A stretch of DNA of 45,086 nt from Candidatus Bipolaricaulia bacterium (lineage in GTDB: Bacteria > Bipolaricaulota > Bipolaricaulia > JBHIAT01). The notes beneath the pieces were generated by a model, which was given only the letters and a program-made list of their open reading frames with translations, was not told the DNA's origin and made no database searches. Both the position numbers and the translations under genes were made by a program. Below are positions 25,808 through 35,806 of this stretch, piece by piece. Numbering within the stretch: the first letter of the stretch is position 1; every line of letters starts with the position of its first letter. The stretch covers positions 1 to 45,086 of the forward strand of contig JBHIAT010000007.1 of assembly GCA_046758705.1 (NCBI GenBank), written 5' to 3'.

Positions 25808-26653
25808 ATGCCACTCAAGCGATACAAGCCGACGTCACCCGGGAGGCGACACGCTGAACATCCAGACTACAGTGAGCTGTCGCGGAACCGGCCGGAAAAG
25901 GGACTGCTCAGGCCGTTGAAGCGATCCGGGGGACGGAACCATCGCGGGAAGATCACCGTCCGGGGGCGCGGCGGTGGGCATAAGCGGCGTTACCGGGTGA
26001 TCGATTTCGCCCGCGATAAGCTGGGGGTTCCGGCGCGGGTCGTCTCAGTGGAGTACGATCCGAACCGATCGACCTGGATCACATTGCTGCACTATCTTGA
26101 TGGCGAGAAACGTTACATCATCACCCCGCTACGGCTCAAGGTCGGTGATCTTGTCGAGGCCGGAGATGAGACCGAGGTCAAGGTCGGCAACGCCCTGCCA
26201 TTGAGGCGAATTCCGCTTGGGACGATTGTCCACAATGTGGAGTTCAGGCCGGGCTCGGGCGGTCAGATCGCCCGGGCCGCCGGAACCGGGGCAAAGGTGA
26301 TGAGCAAAGAGGAAGGAGAGGTCCGTCTGCAACTGCCCTCGGGTGAGATTCGCATCTTCCACGAGGATTGCATGGCGACCGTGGGCCAGGTGAGCAACCC
26401 CGACCACAAGAACGTTAAGCATGGCAAAGCGGGCCGCCGACGTCACCTGGGCCGCCGGTCCAAAGTGCGCGGTGTCGCGATGAACCCGGTCGACCATCCC
26501 CACGGTGGGGGTGAGGGCCGGGCATACGTTGGCAGGCCGCCGGTCTCCCCGACCGGGAAGCTGGCGAAGGGCGTGAAGACCCGCAAAAAGAAGAAGGCGA
26601 GCAACAAGTGGATCGTCCGCCGGGCCAACCAACGCAGGCGTCGGCGCAGGTAG
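25808..26653 (+). CDS. rplB: 50S ribosomal protein L2 (uL2)
   Basis: 281 aa. [50 protein letters not shown], with a basic C-terminal tail. Confidence 0.96.
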   Translation: MPLKRYKPTSPGRRHAEHPDYSELSRNRPEKGLLRPLKRSGGRNHRGKITVRGRGGGHKRRYRVIDFARDKLGVPARVVSVEYDPNRSTWITLLHYLDGEKRYIITPLRLKVGDLVEAGDETEVKVGNALPLRRIPLGTIVHNVEFRPGSGGQIARAAGTGAKVMSKEEGEVRLQLPSGEIRIFHEDCMATVGQVSNPDHKNVKHGKAGRRRHLGRRSKVRGVAMNPVDHPHGGGEGRAYVGRPPVSPTGKLAKGVKTRKKKKASNKWIVRRANQRRRRRR

Positions 26654-26674
26654 TCGGAAGCGAGGGGATCCAAG

Positions 26675-26959
26675 ATGCCGAGATCGACCAAGAAGGGGCC
26701 TTACGTCCACGAGAGCTTGAAGAAGAAGATTCTCAAGGCCAAACGGGGACAGCTCGATGAGATCGTGACCTGGTCGCGGAGCTCGACGGTCACGCCGGAG
26801 ATGGTAGGGCTGACGATCCGGGTCCACAACGGACGGACTCATGTGCCCGTCCATATCCGAGAGAGCATGGTCGGCCACAAGCTCGGTGAATTCGCTCCCA
26901 CCCGGTCATTCCGTCAACACGGCGGGATCCGGAAGAAGCGGCCGCCAGCGAAGACTTAG
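26675..26959 (+). CDS. rpsS: 30S ribosomal protein S19 (uS19)
   Basis: 94 aa. [10 protein letters not shown]...[33 protein letters not shown]. Confidence 0.95.
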   Translation: MPRSTKKGPYVHESLKKKILKAKRGQLDEIVTWSRSSTVTPEMVGLTIRVHNGRTHVPVHIRESMVGHKLGEFAPTRSFRQHGGIRKKRPPAKT

Positions 26960-26994
26960 ACTTAAAGCGAAGGAGAAGGGGAAGGAAGCATCGT

Positions 26995-27348
26995 ATGGAA
27001 GTGAGAGCGGTGACCCGGGGGGTGCGACTCTCCCCCAAGAAGGCGAGGTTGGTGGTCGATCACATCCGGGGTCAAGACGTGAACCAGGCGCTGAGGTGGC
27101 TGAGATTCGCTAATGTCAAAGCCGCCAAGCCGGTGAGAAAGACCCTGGAATCGGCGATCGCCAACGCCGAAAACAACCACGACATGGATGTGGATCGGTT
27201 ATTAATCGTCGCGGCTTACGTCGATGCGGGACCGACCCTGAAGCGGCTGAAGCCCCGGGCCATGGGTCGGGCCAACCTGATCCGCAGGCGATCCAGTGAT
27301 ATCACGATCGTGGTCTCCGAGGCGTCCGAGGCGCAAGATCGAGAGTAA
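26995..27348 (+). CDS. rplV: 50S ribosomal protein L22 (uL22)
   Basis: 117 aa. VRLSPKKARLVVDHIRG..V..AL..L.F....AAKPV.K.L.SA.ANAENN. Confidence 0.93.
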   Translation: MEVRAVTRGVRLSPKKARLVVDHIRGQDVNQALRWLRFANVKAAKPVRKTLESAIANAENNHDMDVDRLLIVAAYVDAGPTLKRLKPRAMGRANLIRRRSSDITIVVSEASEAQDRE

Positions 27349-27376
27349 GAGTTGAGAGAAAGAATGAGGTAGATCC

Positions 27377-28045
27377 ATGGGACAGAAGATTCATCCAATC
27401 GGTTTCCGAGTTGGCATCACCAAGGATTGGAAGTCCAACTGGTTCAACAAGAAGCAAGCGCCCACGTATATCGCCGAAGATAAGAGAGTCCGGGATTTAA
27501 TTCATCGGAACTACCGGGGGGCCGGGATCGCTGAGGTCAACATCGAGCGTCCCACCGACGATCGGATCTCGATCGTGATTCGGACCGCCCGTCCTGGGAT
27601 CATCATCGGCCGGGGGGGCAGTGAGGTCGACCAGCTCCAGAGGAATCTGGAGATCTTGACCGATCGGACGATCAAGATCTCGATCCACGAGGTAGAGCAT
27701 CCCAACCTCGAAGCGCCCCTGGTGGCTCAGGATCTGGCGTTTCAGATGGAGAGCCGGGTCCCGATCAACCGCGCGATGAAGGAGACGGTTCAGCGAGTCA
27801 TGGAGAGCGGTGCCCAGGGGGTCAAGCTCCGTTGCAGCGGGCGGCTCGGTGGCTCCGACATCGCTCGATCCGTCGAGCAGAGACGGGGTCGCATTCCTCT
27901 GCAGACGATCCGTGCCGATATCGACTACGGCTTCGCCGAAGCCCGGACCAAATATGGCCCGATCGGGATCAAGGCGTGGGTGTTCCGGGGAGAGATCCTG
28001 CCCGAAGAGATCAGCGAAGCGCAGGCCGACACGCTTCAGCGTTGA
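27377..28045 (+). CDS. rpsC: 30S ribosomal protein S3 (uS3)
   Basis: 222 aa. MGQKIHPIGFRVGITKDWKS.WF, KH domain, GVKLRCSGRLGGSDIARSVEQRRGRIPLQT.RADIDYG. Confidence 0.96.
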   Translation: MGQKIHPIGFRVGITKDWKSNWFNKKQAPTYIAEDKRVRDLIHRNYRGAGIAEVNIERPTDDRISIVIRTARPGIIIGRGGSEVDQLQRNLEILTDRTIKISIHEVEHPNLEAPLVAQDLAFQMESRVPINRAMKETVQRVMESGAQGVKLRCSGRLGGSDIARSVEQRRGRIPLQTIRADIDYGFAEARTKYGPIGIKAWVFRGEILPEEISEAQADTLQR

Positions 28046-28083
28046 GGTAAAAGGGAGAAGGAAAAGGGAAAAGGAAAACGATC

Positions 28084-28515
28084 ATGGCGTTGCTGTTTCC
28101 GAATCGGAGGAAGTATCGCAAGGATCATCGGGGTCGACGGAAAGGGCGGGCCTCCCGTGGTGCGACCGTCGTGTTCGGCGATTACGGAATCCAGGCTCTG
28201 GAACCCGCCTGGATCACCAGCCAACAGATCGAAGCCGCCCGGACCACCATCACCCGCCACACTCACCGAGATTCGAAGGTCTGGATCCGAATCTTCCCCG
28301 ACAAACCGGTCACCAAAAAGCCAGCTGAAACTCGGATGGGAAAAGGAAAAGGCGATGTAGACCGATGGGTGGCGGTCGTCAAACCAGGGACGATCCTGTT
28401 TGAGATCGCCGGGGTAAATCGGGCCCAGGCAGAGCGGATCGAACAGCTCGTCTCTCGCAAGCTCCCAATTGCCACACGGCTCCGTGAGAAGTTCCTGTTA
28501 GGAGGGGAGCGCTGA
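28084..28515 (+). CDS. rplP: 50S ribosomal protein L16 (uL16)
   Basis: 143 aa. [14 protein letters not shown]...[43 protein letters not shown]. Preceded by a purine-rich AAGGGAGAAGGAAAAGGGAAAAGGAAAA leader. Confidence 0.95.
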   Translation: MALLFPNRRKYRKDHRGRRKGRASRGATVVFGDYGIQALEPAWITSQQIEAARTTITRHTHRDSKVWIRIFPDKPVTKKPAETRMGKGKGDVDRWVAVVKPGTILFEIAGVNRAQAERIEQLVSRKLPIATRLREKFLLGGER

Positions 28516-28718
28516 TGAAGACCGAGGAGTTGCGCGAGCTGACCGACGAGGAGTTGCACCAGAAGGAGGCGGAGCTGAAACGCAAGCTCTTCAATCTACG
28601 GTTTCAAGTGGCCACCGAGCAACAGGAAAACACCGCCGCCCTGTCCGAGACGAGACGGGATATCGCCCGGGTGAAGACGCTCCTGCGGGAGCGCACCCTG
28701 GGGATCGAGCGTGAGTAG
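28515..28718 (+). CDS. rpmC: 50S ribosomal protein L29 (uL29)
   Basis: 67 aa. Start overlaps the rplP stop (ATGA). ELRELTDEEL...ELKRKLFNLRFQ.AT.Q. Confidence 0.9.
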   Translation: MKTEELRELTDEELHQKEAELKRKLFNLRFQVATEQQENTAALSETRRDIARVKTLLRERTLGIERE

Positions 28719-28787
28719 AGGCCGACGCAGGAACGAGGGGCGAAATCGAAAGCAAAAGAAAAAACAGCCGAGGATCGGGAGGCCTAA

Positions 28788-29033
28788 ATGCGGAAAGAGA
28801 AGATCGGTAGGGTCATCAGCGATCGGATGGACAAAACGATCACCGTCCTGACCGAGACAACCGTCCCCCACCCCAAGTACCGGAAGTACGTGAGAGTCAC
28901 CTCTAAGTTCAAGGCCCACGATGAGCGGGAGGAGGCGTCGTTGGGGGACATCGTCAGGATCCAAGAGACTCGACCGCTGAGTAAGACGAAGCGCTGGCGG
29001 TTGATGGAGATCATCGAGCGGGCCAACCGGTAG
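28788..29033 (+). CDS. rpsQ: 30S ribosomal protein S17 (uS17)
   Basis: 81 aa. [17 protein letters not shown]...[16 protein letters not shown]......[16 protein letters not shown]. Confidence 0.93.
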   Translation: MRKEKIGRVISDRMDKTITVLTETTVPHPKYRKYVRVTSKFKAHDEREEASLGDIVRIQETRPLSKTKRWRLMEIIERANR

Positions 29034-29055
29034 TTTGCTTAGGAGAGGATGTCCA

Positions 29056-29424
29056 GTGATCCAGAGCGAGACGATCTTAAACGTAGCGGACAACTCGGGA
29101 GTGAAGGAAGTGCGGTGTATCAACCTCCTGGGTGTCTCCCGCAAGCGCCGGGGGGAGATTGGGGATATCGTCGTTGGTTCTGTACAGCAGCGACTCTCCA
29201 CCAGCGACTTCAAAAAGGGAGACCTGGTCAGAGGGGTCATCGTCCGGACGAAGAGCAGGTTCCAGCGGGAGGACGGCACCTACATCCGGTTCGACGACAA
29301 CGCCATCGTGTTGATCAACAACCAGAAGGAGCCGCTTGGAACCCGAATCTTCGGCCCGGTGACCCGGGAGTTGCGACGGAAGAGTTTTTTGAGGATCATC
29401 TCCTTGGCTCCTGAGGTTCTGTAG
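29056..29424 (+). CDS. rplN: 50S ribosomal protein L14 (uL14)
   Basis: ORF begins at TTG 29035, but an in-frame GTG at 29056 with AGGAGAGGA SD 7 nt upstream gives [21 protein letters not shown], co-linear with the L14 N-terminus. 122 aa. Confidence 0.9.
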   Translation: MIQSETILNVADNSGVKEVRCINLLGVSRKRRGEIGDIVVGSVQQRLSTSDFKKGDLVRGVIVRTKSRFQREDGTYIRFDDNAIVLINNQKEPLGTRIFGPVTRELRRKSFLRIISLAPEVL

Positions 29425-29451
29425 TCGTAGTGACAGTGCGGGGGGAGCAAG

Positions 29452-29760
29452 ATGAAGGTCAAGAAGGGTGATCGAGTGAAGGTGATCTCCGGGAATGACC
29501 GGGGCAAGGTGGGCGAGGTGCTCAGGGTCTACCCTGAACAGGGTCGGATCGTGGTAGAGAACATTAACATGATCAAACGCCATCAGCGACCCACCCAGAT
29601 CCAGCGGGAAGGCGGCATCATCGAGCGGGAGGGGAAGATCCATATCTCAAACGTATTGCCTATCTGTCCCGAATGCGACCGACCGACCCGGGTCGGCTTC
29701 GCGGTCGTCGATGGGGAAAAGGTCCGGGTCTGCAAGCAGTGTGGTGAAAGCATCGACTGA
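29452..29760 (+). CDS. rplX: 50S ribosomal protein L24 (uL24) carrying a C-terminal Cys4 (CPEC...CKQC) site
   Basis: 102 aa. KOW region [26 protein letters not shown], co-linear with E. coli L24 throughout. The C-terminal hairpin residues are replaced by CPECDRP...RVCKQCG without length change. Confidence 0.9.
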   Translation: MKVKKGDRVKVISGNDRGKVGEVLRVYPEQGRIVVENINMIKRHQRPTQIQREGGIIEREGKIHISNVLPICPECDRPTRVGFAVVDGEKVRVCKQCGESID

Positions 29761-29788
29761 GCGTCGAGGAGGGATGGGAAAGATGGGG

Positions 29789-30328
29789 ATGACGGTGTGG
29801 CTTAAGGAGCGCTATCGTGAGCAGATCATCCCGGAGTTGATGGAACGACTCGGATATGAGAACCCGATGCAGGTCCCCGGGGTGGAGAAGGTGGTCATCA
29901 ACATGGGGATCTCCGAGGCGGGGAACCCCAAGATCCTGGACAAGGCCGTCGAGAACTTGGCCATGATCACCGGCCAACGGCCGGTGGTAACCCGGGCCAG
30001 GAAGTCGATCGCGGACTTCGGAATCCGGGCGGGGGACCCTGTCGGCTGCAAGGTGACCCTGCGGGGGAATCGAGCCTACATCTTCCTGGAGAAGCTGTTT
30101 CAGGTCGCTCTCCCCCGCATCCGGGACTTCCGTGGACTCCCGCCAGATTCGTTCGATGGGCGGGGCAATTACTCGATCGGTATCGACGAGCAACTCATCT
30201 TTCCGGAGATCTCCTACGACGATATTGAACAGATCCAGGGAATGGATATCACCATCGTGACCACGGCCGAGTCCGATCAGCAAGGATATCATCTCATCAA
30301 GTCACTGGGTCTGCCCTTTTCCGAATGA
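29789..30328 (+). CDS. rplE: 50S ribosomal protein L5 (uL5)
   Basis: ORF 29711..30328 trimmed to ATG 29789. [40 protein letters not shown] aligns residue-for-residue with the E. coli L5 N-terminus; in-frame ATGs at 29774 and 29783 are alternatives. 179 aa. Confidence 0.88.
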   Translation: MTVWLKERYREQIIPELMERLGYENPMQVPGVEKVVINMGISEAGNPKILDKAVENLAMITGQRPVVTRARKSIADFGIRAGDPVGCKVTLRGNRAYIFLEKLFQVALPRIRDFRGLPPDSFDGRGNYSIGIDEQLIFPEISYDDIEQIQGMDITIVTTAESDQQGYHLIKSLGLPFSE

Positions 30329-30365
30329 AGACTAGAGGATAAAATATGAGTGAGGAGGGACGAGC

Positions 30366-30551
30366 TTGGCAAAGAAGTCGTTGATCAACAAAGCGAACCG
30401 GCCGCCGAAGTATCGGGTGCGACGATACAACCGTTGTAGCCTCTGTGGCCGTGCCCGTGCCTACATCCGTGAATACGGGATCTGCCGGATCTGCTTCCGG
30501 CAGCTTGCCTATCACGGGGAGATCCCCGGTGTGCGCAAAGCCTCCTGGTAA
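30366..30551 (+). CDS. rpsN: 30S ribosomal protein S14, type Z (zinc-binding short form)
   Basis: 61 aa. AKKSLI.K..R.PK..VR.YNRC..CGR..AY.R.YG.CRICFR..A..G..PG..KASW with CxxC...CxxC. Confidence 0.95.
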   Translation: MAKKSLINKANRPPKYRVRRYNRCSLCGRARAYIREYGICRICFRQLAYHGEIPGVRKASW

Positions 30552-30597
30552 AATTAGGCATGGGTGACCCTCTAGGAACGAAGGAGTATAGCCAGCT

Positions 30598-31005
30598 ATG
30601 ACGATCGAAGATCCGATCGCCGATATGTTAACCCGGATTCGAAACGCCAACGAGCGGTTCCATGAAACGGTCGTTGTGCCTCGTTCGGGGTTCAAAGAGG
30701 AGATCGCCAAGATCCTGAAGGCGGAAGGGTACATCGGGCGGTACGAACGGATTCAGACCGATGGCAGGGATGCGATCCAGATCCATCTGAAGTACAAGGG
30801 GGACCGGAAGGATCGCAAGCGGGTCATATCGGGTCTGAAACGGGTCAGCAAACCGAGTCGGCGCATTTACGTGAAGGTCAATGAGATCCCCCAGGTGCTT
30901 GGCGGCCTGGGGATCGCGATTCTGTCGACTTCCCAAGGGTTGATGACCGGCCAGGAAGCGCGGCACGCTGGCGTGGGCGGGGAACTGCTCTGTCTCGTCT
31001 GGTGA
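30598..31005 (+). CDS. rpsH: 30S ribosomal protein S8 (uS8)
   Basis: 135 aa. DPIADMLTRIRNAN, AEGYIG.YE, GLGIAILSTSQG.MT...AR...VGGE.LC.VW. Confidence 0.95.
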   Translation: MTIEDPIADMLTRIRNANERFHETVVVPRSGFKEEIAKILKAEGYIGRYERIQTDGRDAIQIHLKYKGDRKDRKRVISGLKRVSKPSRRIYVKVNEIPQVLGGLGIAILSTSQGLMTGQEARHAGVGGELLCLVW

Positions 31006-31026
31006 CGATGGGGAGGTGAGTCGGCT

Positions 31027-31584
31027 TTGTCCCGAATCGGCAAACAACCGATCAACATCCCTGAAGGGGTGGTCGTCGAGGTCGTCGATCGCACCATTAG
31101 GGTCAAGGGGAAGCACGGGGAGTTGAGCCAGCGGTACGAGCCGGACAAGGTCTCGGTCGCGATCGAGACCGGGGCCGTCCTCGTCACGCGACGGCGGAAC
31201 GACAAGCTCTGCCGCTCCCGACACGGTCTCTACCGCAGCCTGGTCGCCAACATGGTCCAAGGGGTTCAACAACCGTTCTCCAAAGGGCTGATCCTGGAGG
31301 GGCTGGGCTACCGGGCTCGGATGGAGGGGAATAAGCTCGTCCTCGAGCTCGGCTTCTCCCACCCGGTGATCTACGATCCGCCTCCCGGGATTGACATCCA
31401 GATAGAGGGGAAGAACAACATCATGGTGACGGGGATCGACAAGCAGCTTGTCGGCCAAGCGGCTGCCGAGATCCGGGCATTTCGTCCTCCAGAACCCTAC
31501 AAGGGGAAGGGGATCCGCTACAGGGGAGAGCAGATCATCCGCAAGGAAGGGAAGCGCGGCGGCGCTGAGGGAGGACTCGTCTGA
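31027..31584 (+). CDS. rplF: 50S ribosomal protein L6 (uL6)
   Basis: 185 aa. [13 protein letters not shown]......I.VKG..GEL, two L6 repeats, [18 protein letters not shown]. Confidence 0.95.
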   Translation: MSRIGKQPINIPEGVVVEVVDRTIRVKGKHGELSQRYEPDKVSVAIETGAVLVTRRRNDKLCRSRHGLYRSLVANMVQGVQQPFSKGLILEGLGYRARMEGNKLVLELGFSHPVIYDPPPGIDIQIEGKNNIMVTGIDKQLVGQAAAEIRAFRPPEPYKGKGIRYRGEQIIRKEGKRGGAEGGLV

Positions 31585-31585
31585 G

Positions 31586-31960
31586 ATGATTCGCCGACAA
31601 AGCCGGACCGAGCTGAGGCGGGTAAGACATCGCCGGATCCGAAAGAAGATCTCCGGCACGGCGGAGCGTCCCCGTTTGTGTGTTTACAAAAGCCTGAAAC
31701 ACCTGTACGCCCAGCTTATAGATGATATCCAGGGGAGGACGTTGGTCGCTGCCTCCACCCACGATCGGGAGCTGCGTCAAGGGCAGGAGCAGGAGATAGG
31801 ATATGGGCTGGAGGCCGCAGAGCAGGTGGGCAAATTGCTCGCCCAACGGGCGCGCAAAGCGGGAATCGAGACGGTCGTCTTCGATCGCAGTGGCTACCCG
31901 TATCACGGCAAGGTCAAAGCCCTCGCGGAGGCAAGCCGAAAGGAGGGGTTGCGGTTCTAA
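31586..31960 (+). CDS. rplR: 50S ribosomal protein L18 (uL18)
   Basis: ORF 31448..31960 trimmed to ATG 31586, 2 nt after the rplF stop. [50 protein letters not shown]. 124 aa. Confidence 0.92.
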   Translation: MIRRQSRTELRRVRHRRIRKKISGTAERPRLCVYKSLKHLYAQLIDDIQGRTLVAASTHDRELRQGQEQEIGYGLEAAEQVGKLLAQRARKAGIETVVFDRSGYPYHGKVKALAEASRKEGLRF

Positions 31961-31969
31961 TTTAACGAG

Positions 31970-32503
31970 ATGATGACAGAACAGTTTGACAACCAAGTAA
32001 TCGAGATCCGACGGGTGAGTAAGGTCGTCAAGGGAGGGCGCAACATCGGCTTTCGCACCACGGTCGTCGTCGGCGATCGGGAGGGGCAGGTCGGTGTCGG
32101 CTCCGGGAACACGAACGAGATCCCCAAGGCGATCCAGCAGGGGATTCGGGACGCTCAAAAACATCTGATCACCGTCCCACTGGTGAGCGGAACGATCCCC
32201 CACGAAGTGGTGGGTGAGTTCGAGACGGGCAAGGTGATCCTGAAACCGGCCTATGAGGGGACCGGGGTGATCGCCGGGAAAACGGTCGGGGCGATCTGTA
32301 AGTTGGTGGGGATCCGGAACATCCTGACCAAATCCCTTGGCTCGAGCAACCCCCTGACCCTGGCTAAAGCGACGATCGAGGGGTTAAAGCGGTTGCGAAA
32401 CGTCGATGAGGTCGCCGCGCTCCGGAACAAGGATCCCGAGGAGATCCTGGGTGAAAGGCCCAGTGAAACGCCCAGCCCACAAAACACAGAGGACAGCGCC
32501 TGA
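31970..32503 (+). CDS. rpsE: 30S ribosomal protein S5 (uS5)
   Basis: 177 aa. [14 protein letters not shown]...F...VVVGD..G.VG.G, G.G.IAG...A..KL.GI.N.L.KS.GS.NP. Directly followed by rplO with no rpmD in between. Confidence 0.95.
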   Translation: MMTEQFDNQVIEIRRVSKVVKGGRNIGFRTTVVVGDREGQVGVGSGNTNEIPKAIQQGIRDAQKHLITVPLVSGTIPHEVVGEFETGKVILKPAYEGTGVIAGKTVGAICKLVGIRNILTKSLGSSNPLTLAKATIEGLKRLRNVDEVAALRNKDPEEILGERPSETPSPQNTEDSA

Positions 32504-32946
32504 TGAGACTCGAAGAGCTGAAGCCGACGCCGGGGAGCCGGCAGAAACGCAAGCGGGTCGGTCGAGGGGATGGTTCCGGCCGAGGCAACCAATCCGGCCG
32601 GGGGACCAAGGGCCAAAACGCCCGTTCCGGAGGGGGAGTCCGTCCTGGGTTCGAGGGCGGAAGAACGCCCCTGTGGATGCATTTTCCCAAATTCGGGTTC
32701 AAAAACTACAACCGGCGAGAGTATGCCTGGGTCAACCTCGATCTGCTGAATAAACACTACGAGGACGGCGACGAGGTAACCCCGGAGAACCTGTTGGAGC
32801 GGGGAATCATCGCCAACGTGAGGCATGGGGTCAAGGTGCTGGGACGCGGGGTTGTAGATAAGCGACTGAAGGTCAAAGCCCACCGGTTCAGCCGATCTGC
32901 CGTCGCTAAGATCGAGGCGGCCGGCGGCCAAGTTGAGGTGATCTAA
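32503..32946 (+). CDS. rplO: 50S ribosomal protein L15 (uL15)
   Basis: 147 aa. L.EL.P..GS....KR.GRG.GSG.G...GRG.KGQ..RSG. Confidence 0.93.
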   Translation: MRLEELKPTPGSRQKRKRVGRGDGSGRGNQSGRGTKGQNARSGGGVRPGFEGGRTPLWMHFPKFGFKNYNRREYAWVNLDLLNKHYEDGDEVTPENLLERGIIANVRHGVKVLGRGVVDKRLKVKAHRFSRSAVAKIEAAGGQVEVI

Positions 32947-32947
32947 G

Positions 32948-34243
32948 TTGTTCGGACAACTGCTGAAGGCGTTCAACATACCGGAACTGCGCAAACGGTT
33001 CATATTCACCGCGTTGATGATCGTCGTCTTTAGGCTTGGATCGATCATCCCGATCCCCGGTGTCGATGCCCAAGCGTTCAGCAATTTCTTGCAAGGGGCT
33101 TTGGGTGGGACGTTCCAGTTCCTGAACCTGTTCACCGGCGGGGCGCTCGAGCGGTTCTCCCTGTTCGCCATGGGGGTCGTCCCCTACATCAACGCCTCGA
33201 TCATCCTCCAGCTGTTGACGGCGGTCGTCCCCAAGTTGAAGGAGTTGTCACGAAGCGGGGAGGAAGGGCGGCGGGTTATCACCAAGTATACCCGCTACGG
33301 GACGGTGTTTTTGGCGTTCGTCCAAGGCTTGGGTCTGAGCTATCTGCTCCTGAACCAAGGGATGGTAGAAAGCTCGATGAGCCGGGTCGGCTTCCTGCTG
33401 GCCTCGGTGCTCACGTTGGCCACCGGCACGATGCTTCTGATGTGGCTGGGGGAGAGGATCACAGAGAACGGCATCGGAAACGGTATCTCGATGATCATCA
33501 TGTTCGGGATCATCGCCGGTTACCCTGGGCAGATCAGCGGTGTCTACGTCGAGATCAGCAGCGGTTCGGCCAGTCCGTTCTGGGCGTTGGTCCTGGTCGT
33601 TGTGTTCGTTGCAGTGATCGCCGGCGTGGTCATAATCCAGCAGGGGAGCCGCAAGATCAACATTCAGTTCGCGCGCCGCACCCGGGGCCGCCGAGTCTAC
33701 GGAGGTCACAGCTCCCACATCCCCATCCGGGTCAACCAGGGAGGGGTCATCCCGGTCATCTTCGCCGCGGCGCTGCTCACGTTACCGGCCACCGCCGCCA
33801 ACTGGGTGCCGGGGCTCACTGGGGTAAGCCGGTATCTACAACCTGGAGCCCCTATCTATCTGCTCCTGTATGCGCTGTTGATCATCTTCTTCACCTATTT
33901 CTACAGCGCCATCGTCTTCGACCCCCGGGATGTTTCCAACAACATTAAGGAGTCCGGTGGCTTCATCCCCGGTGTCCGCCCGGGCCGTTCGACCACTGAT
34001 TACATCGAACGCATCCTCAACCGGATCACGCTCGTGGGAGCGTTGTTTTTGGCGGCGATCGCTCTGATGCCGTTCGTGGTGATCTCGATCACTGGCATCC
34101 AGGCGATCTTCTTGGGTGGAACCTCCTTGCTCATCGTGGTCGGTGTTGGCATCGATTTAGTCAGGCAGATCGAATCCCACATGGTCATGCGGCATTATGA
34201 GCGGTTCATCACCGAAGGAGCGGTGCTGGGCAGAAGAAGGTGA
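32948..34243 (+). CDS. secY: preprotein translocase subunit SecY
   Basis: 431 aa. TTG start 2 nt after rplO. Ten TM helices. ELRKRFIFTALMIVVFRLGS.IP.PG, plug/hinge regions, GTSLLI.VGV. Confidence 0.95.
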   Translation: MFGQLLKAFNIPELRKRFIFTALMIVVFRLGSIIPIPGVDAQAFSNFLQGALGGTFQFLNLFTGGALERFSLFAMGVVPYINASIILQLLTAVVPKLKELSRSGEEGRRVITKYTRYGTVFLAFVQGLGLSYLLLNQGMVESSMSRVGFLLASVLTLATGTMLLMWLGERITENGIGNGISMIIMFGIIAGYPGQISGVYVEISSGSASPFWALVLVVVFVAVIAGVVIIQQGSRKINIQFARRTRGRRVYGGHSSHIPIRVNQGGVIPVIFAAALLTLPATAANWVPGLTGVSRYLQPGAPIYLLLYALLIIFFTYFYSAIVFDPRDVSNNIKESGGFIPGVRPGRSTTDYIERILNRITLVGALFLAAIALMPFVVISITGIQAIFLGGTSLLIVVGVGIDLVRQIESHMVMRHYERFITEGAVLGRRR

Positions 34244-34271
34244 GGTAAGTAAGCAGAAGCAGGGCAGAAGG

Positions 34272-34913
34272 ATGAGCAACATCGTCCTCCTGGGGCCCCC
34301 AGGGGCCGGCAAAGGGACGCAAGCCGAACGACTTGCTGAGGAGCTTGGTCGGCTCCACCTCTCCACCGGCGATCTGTTTCGGGAGGAGATCACGCGGGAT
34401 AGCCCCCTGGGCAGACAGGTGCGCGGGTATCTGGACCGCGGGGAACTGGTGCCGGATCGTCTGGTGGTCGCCATGGTTCGGGAGCGGTTGACCGGGGACC
34501 TGGATCAGGAGTTCATCTTCGACGGCTTCCCACGCACCCTGGAGCAGGCAGTTCGCCTGGACAAGATGGCCGAAATCGATGCCGTGATCCATATTGCCGT
34601 CTCTGAAACGGAGGTGGTGCGTCGCCTCTCCGCACGACGGGTGTGTCAGGGATGTGGGAGGACCTACAACGTTCTTCTCGCGCCCCCGCAGGAGGAGGGG
34701 TGTTGTGACGTCTGCGGTGGCAAGCTCTATCGCCGCAGCGACGATGCGCCCGAGGTGATCGTACACCGCTACGCGGTCTATCAGGAGGAGAGTCGCCCGG
34801 TGATCGAATTCTACCGGGAGCGGGGGCTGCTCGCGGAGGTCGACGGGGACCGGCCGGTGGATACGGTCTTTCAGGCGATCAAAGCGGCCGTCAATCGAGT
34901 TGAGATGATCTAA
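34272..34913 (+). CDS. adk: adenylate kinase with Cys4 zinc-binding LID
   Basis: ORF 34197..34913 trimmed to ATG 34272 (MSNIVLLGPPGAGKGTQAERL). LID carries CQGCG...CDVCG. 213 aa. Confidence 0.93.
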   Translation: MSNIVLLGPPGAGKGTQAERLAEELGRLHLSTGDLFREEITRDSPLGRQVRGYLDRGELVPDRLVVAMVRERLTGDLDQEFIFDGFPRTLEQAVRLDKMAEIDAVIHIAVSETEVVRRLSARRVCQGCGRTYNVLLAPPQEEGCCDVCGGKLYRRSDDAPEVIVHRYAVYQEESRPVIEFYRERGLLAEVDGDRPVDTVFQAIKAAVNRVEMI

Positions 34914-34942
34914 TTTAGAGGAATGGCAAAACAGAAGCAGAG

Positions 34943-35689
34943 ATGATCCCGATCAGATCGGAGAGTGAACTGCGAATCATCCGGGAGAACAGCAGGATCC
35001 TGGCCGATATCATCGCCGGGTTGCGTGATCGGATCCGGGAAGGGGAGTCGGAGGCCAGGCTCAACGAGACTGCCGAAAGGTTGATCCGGGAGGCCGGAGC
35101 GGAACCGGCCTTCAAAGGATACCGCGGTTACCCAGCCTCCATCTGTACCTCGGTCAACGAGGAGATCGTGCATGGAATCCCGGGAGATCGGGTACTGCGA
35201 CGAGGGGACCTGCTGTCGGTCGATGTCGGAATCAAACGCCGTGGCTTCTACGCCGATGGGGCGTTCACCGTGGGGATCGGCGAGGTGGATGAGGAGGCAG
35301 AGCGGCTGATCACCGTGACCCGTGAGGCGCTCAGGCGAGGGATCGAGGCAGCTGAGGCCGGCCGACGGCTCTCCGATATTTCCCATGCCATCGGTTCCTG
35401 GATCGAAACCCAGGGGTTCTCCGTCGTTAAGGAGTTCGTCGGCCATGGTATCGGTCGGGCCCTCCATGAAGATCCGCAGGTCCCCAACTTCGGGGCTCCC
35501 AACCAGGGTCCCCGTCTACGGCCTGGGATGGTGCTGGCGATCGAGCCGATGGTTAAGGCAGGAAACGGGAGCATACGCATTAAAGAGGACGGTTGGACAG
35601 CGGTTACCACCGATGGGGGTCGCGCCGCCCACTTCGAGGATATGGTCGTCATCACCGAATCGGGCCCCGAAATCTTGTTGGATCGCTGA
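34943..35689 (+). CDS. map: type I methionine aminopeptidase
   Basis: 248 aa. Pita-bread fold. Metal ligands in context (D..SVDVG, FVGHGIG, EPM) are co-linear with MetAP type I. Confidence 0.93.
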   Translation: MIPIRSESELRIIRENSRILADIIAGLRDRIREGESEARLNETAERLIREAGAEPAFKGYRGYPASICTSVNEEIVHGIPGDRVLRRGDLLSVDVGIKRRGFYADGAFTVGIGEVDEEAERLITVTREALRRGIEAAEAGRRLSDISHAIGSWIETQGFSVVKEFVGHGIGRALHEDPQVPNFGAPNQGPRLRPGMVLAIEPMVKAGNGSIRIKEDGWTAVTTDGGRAAHFEDMVVITESGPEILLDR

Positions 35690-35696
35690 GCGATGA

Positions 35697-35710
35697 GTGA
35701 TGACCATCAC
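35697..35710. promoter_or_regulatory. perfect 14-bp palindrome GTGATGACCATCAC just upstream of the alpha-operon promoter
   Basis: Seen directly in the sequence. 6-bp arms and a 2-bp centre. 8 nt after the map stop and 8 nt before the TTGAAA -35 box. Confidence 0.3.
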
Positions 35711-35717
35711 CACGCGC

Positions 35718-35746
35718 TTGAAATCCAAAGGGTTTTTCATTATCAT
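35718..35746 (+). promoter_or_regulatory. sigma70-type promoter for rpmJ-rpsM-rpsK-rpsD-rpoA-rplQ (TTGAAA, 17-bp spacer, TATCAT)
   Basis: TTGAAA at 35718-35723, 17-nt spacer, TATCAT at 35741-35746. About 60 nt upstream of rpmJ. Confidence 0.45.
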
Positions 35747-35806
35747 GTCATGGAGTAAAGTCCAGGCTATAGGATCAGCGAGCCATTTTGGGAAGGGTGT
35801 ATGCCG

